Part shown: piece by piece, positions 1 to 8,889 of the stretch | How the letters are laid out: every line of letters starts with the position of its first letter | How positions within the stretch are numbered: the first letter of the stretch is position 1 | Assembly: GCA_003009755.1 (NCBI GenBank) | Contig: PXUB01000039.1 | Span: 19,344-54,741 of the forward strand | Source of the DNA: Thermoplasmatales archaeon SW_10_69_26 | GTDB lineage: Archaea > Thermoplasmatota > SW-10-69-26 | Reading direction: 5' to 3' | DNA: 35,398 nucleotides | Made by a program: the position numbers and the translations under genes | The notes under the pieces: generated by a model | Told to the model about the DNA's origin: nothing | Seen by the model: only the letters and a program-made list of their open reading frames with translations | Database searches by the model: none

Positions 1-821
1 CCCTCCTGGGCGCGCCGGAGGGCGATCATCGAGCCCGTGCTCGGGCGCAACAGGAGCCCGATGAGCAGCGGACCGGGCGCCACGGAGACGGCCAACAGGT
101 GCTCGCTGGTCTGCACGACGGTGGCCCAGCGGCGGGGCGTGAGGCCGTCGAAGCGACCCAAGCGGCTCAGGTCGGCGTGCACGTTGGAGAGGATCTCGCC
201 GATCTCGGCCTCGTCGCCCCCGTCGGGGAGAGTCGTCGCCACCGTGCCGCCGTCGGGGGTGCGGACGATCGCGCCGGTCACGGGGCCCTCGACGATGGCG
301 TCCAGCTCCTCGCGCAGGCCGCCGTGGTCGACCTCGCCCTCGGCCGGAGGACGGGGCTGGTCGGCCTCTTCGGCGGGCGTGGGGCCCTCCTCGAGCACGG
401 TGCCGATCGCTCGCCAGTCCTGTAGCGCCTGGACGGCCCGGCGCTGCAGGCGGTCGATCAGGCCCGGGCCCTTCACGAGGTAGTCCAGCGCCCCTCGCTG
501 CATGGCCTCCATGGCCACGTCCTCGCTACCCTGGCCGGTGAGGAAGATCACGGGATCTGAGCGGCGGGCATCGCGCAGGAAGTCGAGCAGTTGCAGGCCG
601 TCGCCGTCCGGCAGCTCGTAGTCCAAGACCACGAGGTCGAACCCGGCATCGTCGAGGCTGCGTTGGGCCTCCCCGACGGTGCTGACCCGGTCCACGGACC
701 ACGAGGTCCCCGAGGTGAGGGCTCGGGTCGCCAGCTCGGCGTGGTCGTCGTTGTCCTCCACGACGAGGATCGACAACGCCTCGTTGCGGATCTGATCGCG
801 ATCGGGCTCGTCCGCGTCCAC
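1..821 (-). CDS. Response regulator receiver domain fused to a probable roadblock/LC7 (MglB-like) domain; 3' end runs off the window
   Basis: Absent from the ORF track because it has no stop in the window. Manual translation from GTG 821 gives SILVVEDNDDHAEL...FDLVVLDYELPDGDGLQLL...PVIFLTGQGSEDVAMEAMQRGALDYLVK, with the receiver acidic pair, phospho-Asp, Thr and Lys. A P/E linker follows, then LREELDAIVEGPVTGAIVRTPDGGTVATTLP...VVQTSEHLLAVSVAPGPLLIGLL, which resembles a roadblock domain. Confidence 0.8.
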   Translation of the reverse strand, partial: MDADEPDRDQIRNEALSILVVEDNDDHAELATRALTSGTSWSVDRVSTVGEAQRSLDDAGFDLVVLDYELPDGDGLQLLDFLRDARRSDPVIFLTGQGSEDVAMEAMQRGALDYLVKGPGLIDRLQRRAVQALQDWRAIGTVLEEGPTPAEEADQPRPPAEGEVDHGGLREELDAIVEGPVTGAIVRTPDGGTVATTLPDGGDEAEIGEILSNVHADLSRLGRFDGLTPRRWATVVQTSEHLLAVSVAPGPLLIGLLLRPSTGSMIALRRAQE

Positions 822-873
822 GATGGCCCAGCGACCGCTGGGGTGAAAAGTCCTCGCTCGCTTCCCGTGGACG

Positions 874-1450
874 GTGCCGCGGATCGCGCTCGGGGGCGAC
901 GTTATGCTAGGCCGCGAGGTCGGGGCCCAGCTCGGCGATCGGCCTCCAGGGCCACGTGGGGCGAGGTCGGCGACCGGATGCGGTCCGCCGACGCCACGCT
1001 GGTCAACCTGAATGCGTCGTGGCGAGGCAAGGCCAGCCCCTCCCGGGTCAGCGGTTCCCCTTCCAAGCGCCCCCGGAGGCCGTCGACGTCCTCCAGGCGG
1101 CCGGCGCCGACGTCTCCTGGGGGCACAGCGCCCACCTGTTCCAGGCGATCGACGGTCACGAGGGTGGGGTGATCCTGTGCGACACCGGCGATCTCGTCGA
1201 CGACTACCGACGCGATCCCGACGAGCACAACGAGATCTCGTTCCTGTTCTTGGTCGACGTCGAGCGCGGCCAGGTACGACGCGTCGAGCTGGAGCCGGTG
1301 GGCATCCATCCTCGCGAGGGCTAGGTCCGCCTGGCCAATCGTTCAGCGCGGCCGTTCGCCGTCTCCCGGATGCGGGCACTGTGCGAGGCGTTCGACACCG
1401 ACCTGCACGAGGAGGGCTCGCGGCTCGTCGTCCCGCTCGAGCCCGCCTAA
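874..1450 (+). pseudogene. CapA/PGA_cap family metallophosphatase pseudogene (two frameshifts, internal deletion, in-frame TAG)
   Basis: Joining three frames gives RIALGGDVMLGR / WGEVGDRMRSADATLVNL / ECVV...FPFQAPPEAVDVLQAAGADVSWGHSAHLFQ...DTGDLVDDY. A TAG at 1322-1324 is followed by more in-frame sequence to TAA 1450. The central LANNH and HWG motifs are missing. Confidence 0.8.
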
Positions 1451-2190
1451 CCGTACATCATGCTGCGGTCGCTGGGCATGTCCTGCTGGGCGCGTTCCTG
1501 CTCCTCGAGCGCGGCGCGGAGGTTCTGCTCGAACTTGCGCGCCTCCTTGCGTAGGGGCTCGGGCTCCATGCGGATGCCCGGCACGAGCCCGTCGGCCACG
1601 TCGACGAGGCGAGCGGCCGCCTCGGCGTCGGGTACGTCCTCCTGGACGGCCGTGAACAGGCAAACCACCGGATGGTCGGCGTTGTTGCTCTCGGTCAACA
1701 GGGAGGCGCTGAAGCCGCTGAGGGCGCCGTCGGGGAACGCCTCGGCCCCGATCGCCTCCGCATCGATCTCCGTGACCAGGTTCGGGACCGCGTAGACGTG
1801 CTCGACCTCGGAGCTCGTCGGCGCGCCCTCGAGCGTGACCGTGAGCTTGCCCCCGATCTCTCGCGTGTAGTCGATGATCTCTCGGGAGATCTCGTCGACG
1901 TGCTCGGGGGGTGGGGCCGCGTCGGAGCGGACGACGACCAGCTGGTCGCAGTCGCCGTCGATGCCGCACCGGACCGTGGAGGCGAAGACCTGCACCGGCG
2001 AGTGGGCTCGTCCGTCTCGGATGCTGGCCACCGGCGGAAGGTTGGGGTTGTCGAGGGTTGCCACGAGTTCCATGTCCAGCTTCGGGACGAGGTAGCTGGC
2101 GACGATCGCGCCCACCAGTCCCTGACTGGGGAACCCAACCAGCACGAGCGGGTCTTGGAAATCCCAATCTCGGTGCTTGTTGACGGTCAT
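1447..2190 (-). CDS. PAC2 family proteasome assembly chaperone-like protein
   Basis: Motifs VLVGFPSQGLVGAIVASYL, PDAEAAARLV and EPLRKEARKFE, with a C-terminal MMYG (HbYX-like). ATG 2190 lies about 25 nt downstream of a CTTATC TATA-like box, so the upstream part of ORF 1447..2649 is not coding. Confidence 0.85.
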   Translation of the reverse strand: MTVNKHRDWDFQDPLVLVGFPSQGLVGAIVASYLVPKLDMELVATLDNPNLPPVASIRDGRAHSPVQVFASTVRCGIDGDCDQLVVVRSDAAPPPEHVDEISREIIDYTREIGGKLTVTLEGAPTSSEVEHVYAVPNLVTEIDAEAIGAEAFPDGALSGFSASLLTESNNADHPVVCLFTAVQEDVPDAEAAARLVDVADGLVPGIRMEPEPLRKEARKFEQNLRAALEEQERAQQDMPSDRSMMYG

Positions 2191-2334
2191 CGGGACCGGG
2201 ACCCAGCACGAGCCGGATAAGCGTTCCGAGACGGCGTAGGCAGGAACGAGGCCAGCGCCAACCTGATGCCACCTCGGGGGCCTCGCCGACGCGTGCGAGG
2301 TCGGCGGTGGCGGTGGGAATGACCTGGCGGCGGC

Positions 2335-2487
2335 GAACGCATCGACACCGTCGCGGCCGCGGTCTGGAAGCAAGCCACGTGCCGAGAGGTCGAGGCGATG
2401 GACCGGGCCTACACGCCTCCCGCGAGCCCTCCGTGGGATCCGGTGGCCATCGCGGCCCGTCTGAGGGGCCGTGAAGCACGGGTGTGA
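2335..2487 (+). pseudogene. Remnant C-terminus of a CoA-disulfide reductase/NADH oxidase-type flavoprotein (dimerisation domain)
   Basis: Manual translation ERIDTVAAAVWKQATCREVEAMDRAYTPPASPPWDPVAIAARL matches the family end motif KRID..A.A.....T...L..LDLAYAPPFSP.WDPV..AA. There is an in-frame TGA just upstream (2320-2322) and no start codon or N-terminal domains. Confidence 0.7.
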
Positions 2488-2536
2488 GGCTCGAACGGCA
2501 AGGCTAAAATAGGGGCCCATCTTCAAGACGTCCCAG

Positions 2537-3511
2537 ATGGTGCTCCCCTCGTTGCCCGAGCCCCTGCTGCTGGCGGGAGCCTTCGTAGGCATGGGCTTGC
2601 TCGGGTTCGGGGCCGTGTGGACGGACCGTCGCCACCACTGGCCTCGCATCGCTGGCTGGATGCTGTTCGGCCTCTACTGGCCGTTCAAAGCCCAGCACTA
2701 CTTCGCCATCGACGATCCGTTCAACGCCGTGCTGGCGCTGGCTGCCCCGCTGTTGACCGGCTACATCGCCTACCACGAGTACCTGTCGTGGAAGTGGGGC
2801 GAGCGCCCGGTCGCGCTGACCTGGCTGGCCGGCGCCACCTTCGTCGCCGCGTCGACCTACTTCCTCCTGTTCGAGATCACCGCCATCCAGGAGGAGATCA
2901 TCTACTGGACCGGCAAGGAGACCGCGTGGCTGACCGATACCGTGTTCGGCACGAACTCGATGGCCTACCAGTCCCCGACCGTGGACCCCCAGGACGGCTA
3001 CCGACCCACGCACATCTGCCTGGCCGAGGGCTACCAAAGCTCGGTCACGAGCCAGTTCTGCGGCGCGGAAGGGGCCGCCAGCTCCTGGTCGGGTGCCGCC
3101 TCGCAAGGTTTCCCCTACTACGCCGTGACGATCGTGTTCGCCTGCACCGCCTTGCAGTCGATCATGATCTTCGTCGGCGCGATCGCCTTCACCAAGGCCG
3201 ACACGGTGCGGAAGCTGAAGGCCTACGCCCTCACGGTCCCCACCATCTACGCGCTGAACCTCTTCCGCAACGCCGGCATCATCTACGGGTACCGCGTGAA
3301 GCAGTGGTCGATGTTCGGCATCGACTCCTTCACGTTCATGCACAGCTACGTGGCCAAGCTCGGCGCCATCCTCGCGCTCGTCGGCATCGCCTTGGCCGTG
3401 TTCCGTCTGCTGCCGGAGCTGCACGAGAACATCCTCGACGTCCTGTCCTTGCACGAACGCGAGCAGGCCAAGCCACCGTCCCCGCGCTCCGGCACCCCCA
3501 CCGAGACGTGA
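2537..3511 (+). CDS. artA: Archaeosortase A (PGF-CTERM-processing)
   Basis: Multi-pass membrane protein with exosortase/archaeosortase motifs IVFACTALQS (catalytic Cys), NLFRN (Arg) and MHSYVAK. The C-terminal LLPELHE..D is also ArtA-like. Confidence 0.85.
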   Translation: MVLPSLPEPLLLAGAFVGMGLLGFGAVWTDRRHHWPRIAGWMLFGLYWPFKAQHYFAIDDPFNAVLALAAPLLTGYIAYHEYLSWKWGERPVALTWLAGATFVAASTYFLLFEITAIQEEIIYWTGKETAWLTDTVFGTNSMAYQSPTVDPQDGYRPTHICLAEGYQSSVTSQFCGAEGAASSWSGAASQGFPYYAVTIVFACTALQSIMIFVGAIAFTKADTVRKLKAYALTVPTIYALNLFRNAGIIYGYRVKQWSMFGIDSFTFMHSYVAKLGAILALVGIALAVFRLLPELHENILDVLSLHEREQAKPPSPRSGTPTET

Positions 3512-3515
3512 TCGG

Positions 3516-4112
3516 ATGCGGCTGGCACAGGGATGGCTACCGTGGACCGCCGTCCCCCTGCTGGGTTCCCTGCTCGCCGCACTGGTATGGTGGCCCGCCG
3601 CCCTCGCGCTCGCGGCGCTAACCGTGTTCGTCGTCTGGTTCTTCCGCGACCCCGACCGCCAACCCAGCGAGGGCATCGTCGCCGCCGCCGACGGCCGCAT
3701 CCAGGAGATCGACGGCCGGGCGGTCACGTTTTTGAACCTCCACCACGTCCACGTCGTTCGAGCCCCGTACGAGGGCACGATCGAGACCGTCGAGCGCGTC
3801 TCCGGCGGTCGCCTGCCCGCGTTCCTGAAAGGGGCCGAGAAGAACGGAGGCGTCGCGATCGTCGCTGACACCGAATGGGGCAACCGCAGGATCGACCTCA
3901 AAGCTGGAGCCATCGCCCGCCGAGCCGTCTCCTTCGTCGACGAAGGAGACCACGTCGCCAAGGGCGAACGCATCGGCATGATCCGGTTCGGCTCCCGCGT
4001 CGACGTCGACCTGCCCGACCCCGTCCGACGGGAGGTCGCGCCCGGCGACCGCGTCACCGCCGCCGAGACCACGATCGCCACACCGACCGACACGGGGGAC
4101 GCCTCCCCGTGA
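3516..4112 (+). CDS. pssD: Phosphatidylserine/archaetidylserine decarboxylase proenzyme
   Basis: Motifs WFFRDPDR, AAADG, HVVRAP and GERIGMIRFGSRVD (self-cleavage Ser); N-terminal membrane anchor. Confidence 0.9.
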   Translation: MRLAQGWLPWTAVPLLGSLLAALVWWPAALALAALTVFVVWFFRDPDRQPSEGIVAAADGRIQEIDGRAVTFLNLHHVHVVRAPYEGTIETVERVSGGRLPAFLKGAEKNGGVAIVADTEWGNRRIDLKAGAIARRAVSFVDEGDHVAKGERIGMIRFGSRVDVDLPDPVRREVAPGDRVTAAETTIATPTDTGDASP

Positions 4113-4822
4113 GCCTGCCCGACCCTCGCCGCTGGGTCGCCGACGCGATGACGCTGGCCAACGGCATCTTCGGGTTCCTCTCCGTTCTCACGTGGGCGGT
4201 GGAGCTGGGCCCACTGTCGAGCCTGCCCGACCCGGCCGTCGCCGCCGCCTACATCGGTCTCGGCGTCGTCGCCGACGGCCTCGACGGCGTCGTCGCCCGC
4301 GCCTGGGGCTCCACCGGGGTCGGGGACGCCCTGGACTCGATCTGCGACGCCTTGACGTTCAGCGTGGCGCCCGCCGTGTTCCTCGTCAACGTGAACGAGA
4401 TGGTCGACGGCCTCGTGTTCCGCTCGGCTCTCTCCCTGGCCGCCGTGGCGCTCGTGCTCGCCGGCATGCTGCGCCTGGCCCGCCACCGCACCGGCGGCTC
4501 GACGGCCGTCTTCCACGGCCTGCCGACCCCCTGGAGCGCCGCCGCCTTGATCACCGTGCTGCTGCTCGGGATGCCCGGCTGGATCAGCGTCGGCCTGGCG
4601 TTCCTGCTCGCCGGCCTCAACCTCAGCCCGGTGCCCTACCCCAAGACCCGCGGCGCGGTGTTCACGCGCGCCGCGCTGGGCCTGGCGGTGGCCAGCCTCC
4701 TCGTGATCGGCGGCCTGCTCGTCTTCCAGCAGACGCCCGACTCCCTGCTGTGGCTGGCAGCGATCGTCGCGATCGGCCTCGTCCTGTTGGCCCCGATCGC
4801 TGCACCGACCGGGGAGACCTAA
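4109..4822 (+). CDS. pssA: CDP-alcohol phosphatidyltransferase (archaetidylserine synthase)
   Basis: Signature DGLDGVVAR...GDALDSICD, plus RLAR and FHGLPTP. GTG 4109 overlaps the pssD stop (GTGA). Confidence 0.88.
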   Translation: MSLPDPRRWVADAMTLANGIFGFLSVLTWAVELGPLSSLPDPAVAAAYIGLGVVADGLDGVVARAWGSTGVGDALDSICDALTFSVAPAVFLVNVNEMVDGLVFRSALSLAAVALVLAGMLRLARHRTGGSTAVFHGLPTPWSAAALITVLLLGMPGWISVGLAFLLAGLNLSPVPYPKTRGAVFTRAALGLAVASLLVIGGLLVFQQTPDSLLWLAAIVAIGLVLLAPIAAPTGET

Positions 4823-4903
4823 TCAACAGCCTTTTGCCGGAGACTCCGTTATGGAGTAGTAACAACGCGCCTCCTTTCGGGAGGCGTTTGGAGCACAAAT
4901 GCG

Positions 4904-5449
4904 ATGCCTCACGCAGCCAAGATCGGCATCACCGGCATGCCGTCTGTGGGGAAAACCCAGACCGTCCTCAAGATCATCGAGAAGCTCGAGGCCAAAGAGG
5001 TCATCGTCGGCGGGATGGTGACCGAGGCGATCGAGGAAGGTGGCCAGCGCAAGGGCTTCCACATCCAGGACTGGCTCACCAAGCAGAAGGACACGCTCTC
5101 GCACGTCGACTTCGACAGCGAGTTCCGCGTCGGCAAGTACGGTGTGGACCTCGAGGTGCTCGAAGAGCTCGGTGTGACGTCGATCCATCGAGGCATCGAG
5201 GACGCCGAGGTCGTGGTCGTCGACGAGGTCGGCAAGATGGAGATGGAGTCGGAGAACTTCTGCGCGGCCGTCAAGGACGCGCTGAACTCCGACAAGGCGA
5301 TGATCATGACGCTGCACAAGAAATCGCGCAACCCCTTGCTGCAGGACATCCGTCGCCGCGACGACATCCGGATCCTCGAGGTCACCCCGATCAACCGCAA
5401 CCTGTTGCCCTACAAGATCGAGAAGCTCCTCGAGGGCGACGTCCTCTAG
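4904..5449 (+). CDS. Nucleoside-triphosphatase THEP1 family (NTPase_1)
   Basis: P-loop ITGMPSVGKT, RKGF, RVGKYGV and Walker B VVVDEVGKME. Confidence 0.9.
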   Translation: MPHAAKIGITGMPSVGKTQTVLKIIEKLEAKEVIVGGMVTEAIEEGGQRKGFHIQDWLTKQKDTLSHVDFDSEFRVGKYGVDLEVLEELGVTSIHRGIEDAEVVVVDEVGKMEMESENFCAAVKDALNSDKAMIMTLHKKSRNPLLQDIRRRDDIRILEVTPINRNLLPYKIEKLLEGDVL

Positions 5450-5527
5450 CGTCTCCACGAGCCCCGCACAGCCTCGGCACGGGCCCCGGACATCGTTGAC
5501 GGTTACGCGGGCGCCCAGCCAGCCTGC

Positions 5528-6085
5528 ATGAAGCCGGCAACGTTCGCCCTGGCGTTGGGTACCGCCCTGTTGATCGCCGTCCCCGCGGCCGCCGCCGAGG
5601 ACACGACCGCCCCCACGCTCGTCGAGGCTCAACCCTCCCCCGACGGGCACACCCACGACGAGGAGTGGGTCGAGTTCGCCAACCCGGCGCCCACCGCGCT
5701 CGACCTCGAGGGACTGTTCTTGACCGACCACGACGCGTGCTTCGCGCCTGGCGAGGGCTACGTCGAGACCTACCGCCTGGCGCTCGACAACGTGACCGTG
5801 CCCGCTCGCGACCGCGTCGTCGTGGAGCTCCCCGCGAGTCCCTGCCTGAACCTCGCCGACGGCGGCGACGACCTCTTCCTCGAGGACGAGCAAGGCAAGC
5901 AGATCCAGCAGGTGGCCTACGGATCCGAGGGCGAGCTTCCCGCGCCCGGCACCGGTGAGAGCCTGTCGGCCTGCCAGGCGACCGCCGAGCGCTGGTCGGA
6001 CCGACAACCGATGATCCACGGCGATTGGTCCACCGCGATGGCCTCCCCCGGCAACGCCAACCCGTCCTGCTCGCCCGGACGCTAA
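5528..6085 (+). CDS. Secreted lamin-tail-domain protein
   Basis: Signal peptide ending AAAA, plus EWVEFAN, LDLEGLFLTD, LNLADGGDDLFL and SPG.N, all typical of LTD domains. Confidence 0.75.
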   Translation: MKPATFALALGTALLIAVPAAAAEDTTAPTLVEAQPSPDGHTHDEEWVEFANPAPTALDLEGLFLTDHDACFAPGEGYVETYRLALDNVTVPARDRVVVELPASPCLNLADGGDDLFLEDEQGKQIQQVAYGSEGELPAPGTGESLSACQATAERWSDRQPMIHGDWSTAMASPGNANPSCSPGR

Positions 6086-6152
6086 CAAGGACCGGCTGCC
6101 GGGCGGGCGACCGTCAGGCTTTTCCCCTATCGCCCGCCATCCGGCTCCCGAG

Positions 6153-6842
6153 ATGTACGCAGGCGTGGACGAGGCGGGCCGGGGTCCGGTCCTCGGCCCT
6201 CTCGTCGTCGCCGGCGTCGCCGGAGACCCGGACCAGGTCCCCGACGGCGTGGACGACTCCAAGCAGTTGACCGCCGAGACCCGCAACCAGCTGGCTTCCT
6301 CGATCGAGGACAGCCCGCTGACCGTGGCCGTGTGCTCGATCCCCGCCGACGAGCTCAACGAACGCATGGACGAGGGCGAGAACCTCAACCGGATCGAGGC
6401 CGCCGCCTTCGCCGAGGTCCTGCGCGAGCTCGAGACCGACGAAGCCCTGCTCGACCAGGTCGGCCCCGACGGCGAGGCCTTCGCCGACGAGGTCGCCGAC
6501 CAGGTCGCCGGCGAGTGCGCGATCGAGGCCCGGGTCGCGGCCGACGAGGACGACGCGATCGTCGGCGCAGCCAGCATCGTCGCCAAGGTCGAACGCGACC
6601 GAGCGGTGGCCGCGATCGCCGCGGAGCTCGACGCCGACGTCGGCTCCGGGTACGCCCACGACGAGCGGACACGCGCGTTCCTGGAGGACTGGCGGGAGAC
6701 CTCGATCCATCCGCCGCCCTACACCCGGCACGCCTGGTCCACGCTGGACACGATCGGGTTCGGGCAGGCCCGGCTGGGGGAGGACCCCGAGGCGGCCGCG
6801 AGCCCGGAGACCGTCGAACCGACCGAGGAGGCTCGACCGTGA
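6153..6842 (+). CDS. rnhB: Ribonuclease HII
   Basis: Motifs GVDEAGRGPVLGPLVV, DSKQLT, VGAASIVAKVERD and GSGY. Confidence 0.95.
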   Translation: MYAGVDEAGRGPVLGPLVVAGVAGDPDQVPDGVDDSKQLTAETRNQLASSIEDSPLTVAVCSIPADELNERMDEGENLNRIEAAAFAEVLRELETDEALLDQVGPDGEAFADEVADQVAGECAIEARVAADEDDAIVGAASIVAKVERDRAVAAIAAELDADVGSGYAHDERTRAFLEDWRETSIHPPPYTRHAWSTLDTIGFGQARLGEDPEAAASPETVEPTEEARP

Positions 6843-7204
6843 CCGAGCAAGAACAGATCGGACGCGAACGCGTGGAGGAGTGCCTGGACCGCCTCGAGGC
6901 GGGGTTCCGCCGACGATGGGACAACAACCCCGAGTTCCGGGAGAGCCTCGAGGGCAAGAACCGCGACATCCTGATCGACCTCCGTGACACGGGCGCGTGG
7001 TGGATCCAGGTCCGCGAGGGGGATCTCGAGGCGATCGTCGAGGACGAGCCCGAGGACCCCGACGTCGGCATCGAAGCCGACGCCGACGACTTCGTCGACG
7101 TCTTCGACGGGGACCTCGGCCCGGTCCAAGCCTACATGACGGGCAAGATCGAGGTCGACGCCGGTATGCGCGACCTGATGCTCGTCAAGACGTTCCTCGG
7201 CTGA
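6839..7204 (+). CDS. SCP2 sterol/lipid-binding domain protein
   Basis: PDVGIEADADDFVDVFDGDLGPVQAYMTGKIEVDAG. GTG 6839 overlaps the rnhB stop. Confidence 0.85.
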   Translation: MTEQEQIGRERVEECLDRLEAGFRRRWDNNPEFRESLEGKNRDILIDLRDTGAWWIQVREGDLEAIVEDEPEDPDVGIEADADDFVDVFDGDLGPVQAYMTGKIEVDAGMRDLMLVKTFLG

Positions 7205-7259
7205 TCCCCGAGCCGAGGCCCCGATGCCCGCAGGCCACCCCTCGGGCCCGTCCAGGTCG

Positions 7260-7273
7260 GAAAGCCTTATACC
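7260..7273 (+). promoter_or_regulatory. Archaeal BRE/TATA promoter of the TrkA-DHH gene
   Basis: GAAAGCCTTATACC, with SD-like AGGAG at 7318-7322 before GTG 7331. Confidence 0.55.
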
Positions 7274-7330
7274 GGAACCCTATCGTCGTAGGGGTGCCGG
7301 GTCCCGACCGGCCGACCAGGAGCCTTCCCT

Positions 7331-8779
7331 GTGTACGTCATCCTTGGATGCGGTTCCGTCGGATTCAAAGCCGCCAGCACGCTCCAATCGCGTGGCGAGG
7401 AGGTCTTCGTCGTCGATTCCTCGGAGAGCCGCGTGCAGAACCTCCGCGACGGCAACCTGAACGCTGCGGTCGGCGACCTGCGGAACCTCGACCCCTTCGA
7501 CGATCAACTCGAACGGGCCAACGCCGTGCTGGTGCTGTCCAGCGACGTCGACGCCAACCAGGAGGGTGTCGAGTACCTGCGCAAGCACTTCCAGCAGGCT
7601 CGCATCATCGCGCGAGCCACGGACCCACCCTCCCGTGACGCGTTGAAGAAGGCCGGCGCCGACGAGGTCATCCTTCCCCAAGAGGTCCTGGCCCGCAGCG
7701 TCGAACGGCGCCTGCGCGACGTCGAGATGGAGGCGCGCGTGCGCTCGCTCAAGCGCCTGCTCCTCGACGCTCGCTCCTTGGGCATCTTCCTGCAATCCAA
7801 CCCCGACCCGGACGCGATCTCCTCGGCGATGGCTCTCGAGTTCATCGCCAACTCGCTCAACCCGGAAGTCGAGGTCCGCAAGGTGACCAAGGGAGAGGTC
7901 GGCCGTCCCGAGAACCAGGCGATGATGAACCTGCTCGCCGTCCAGCTCGAGCAGGCCGAGGACAGCGAGGAGGCCCGCGAGGTCGTCAACGACGTCGACC
8001 TCGTCGCGCTCGTCGACGTCTCCGTCGCCGGCAAGAACAACCCCCTGCCCGAAGACGTCGTCCCAAACGTCGTCTTCGACCACCACCCGACCGACGAGGA
8101 CCGCATCAAGGGCGACTTCCAGGACGTCCGCCCGGGGGTGGGATCGACGGCGACGCTGCTCACCGGCTACCTGCGCGAGCTCGGCGTCACGCCCGATAGC
8201 GACATCGCGACCGCGCTCATGTACGGCATCCGCACGGACACCAAGGTCCTCACCGGCAAGGTCGACACCGAGGACCTCGAGGCCGTGCGCTACCTCGGCG
8301 CCCTGATGGACTCCGACGTGCTCCGCCGCATCGAGACGCCGCCGATGAGCAGCGACCAGGTCACCGTGCTCGGTCGCGCGATCGAAGGCATGACCAAGCG
8401 CGGCTCGCTCGTCGTGTCCTTCCTGAGCGTCGTGCCGCAGCCGGACTACTTGTCCTACATCGCCGACTTCCTGCTCGACATCGAGGGCGTGGACACCGTG
8501 GTCGTGTACGGGCTCGTCGAGGGCACGATCCACGTCAGCGCCCGCTCGCGCGACGTACGCGTCAACCTCGGGAACACGATGGAGGACCTGTTCGGTCCCG
8601 ACCGCGGCGGCGGGCACGCCCACATGGCCGGCGCCCAGATCCCGGTCGACGTGTTCGTCGAGATCCAGGAGCGCGAGGAGTTCCTGGAGAGTGTGCGCGG
8701 CGCGCTCAGCGACAAGTTCCTGCGCGCCTTCGGCCACAGCGTCCGCGAGGACGCGGACATCACGAGCGCCGAGCAGTAG
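7331..8779 (+). CDS. TrkA_N/RCK domain plus DHH/DHHA1 phosphoesterase
   Basis: N-terminal ILGCGSVG Rossmann motif, then NPDPDAI, FDHH, GIRTDT, SARS and GGGHAHMAG. Confidence 0.9.
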   Translation: MYVILGCGSVGFKAASTLQSRGEEVFVVDSSESRVQNLRDGNLNAAVGDLRNLDPFDDQLERANAVLVLSSDVDANQEGVEYLRKHFQQARIIARATDPPSRDALKKAGADEVILPQEVLARSVERRLRDVEMEARVRSLKRLLLDARSLGIFLQSNPDPDAISSAMALEFIANSLNPEVEVRKVTKGEVGRPENQAMMNLLAVQLEQAEDSEEAREVVNDVDLVALVDVSVAGKNNPLPEDVVPNVVFDHHPTDEDRIKGDFQDVRPGVGSTATLLTGYLRELGVTPDSDIATALMYGIRTDTKVLTGKVDTEDLEAVRYLGALMDSDVLRRIETPPMSSDQVTVLGRAIEGMTKRGSLVVSFLSVVPQPDYLSYIADFLLDIEGVDTVVVYGLVEGTIHVSARSRDVRVNLGNTMEDLFGPDRGGGHAHMAGAQIPVDVFVEIQEREEFLESVRGALSDKFLRAFGHSVREDADITSAEQ

Positions 8780-8889
8780 CCCCGCGGCGCTCGCTCAGGC
8801 GCCCGGGACCGTCAAACGCTTAAGGGAAGCTCCTGTAGGGGCTCCCGGTGGGACGCCGGCGACGTGCGCCGCGCTCCCGGTGCCACCGT

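Noticed and set aside
1322-1324. In-frame TAG in capA as possible pyrrolysine or recoding
   Set aside because: The same gene has two frameshifts and a core deletion, so decay is the simpler explanation.
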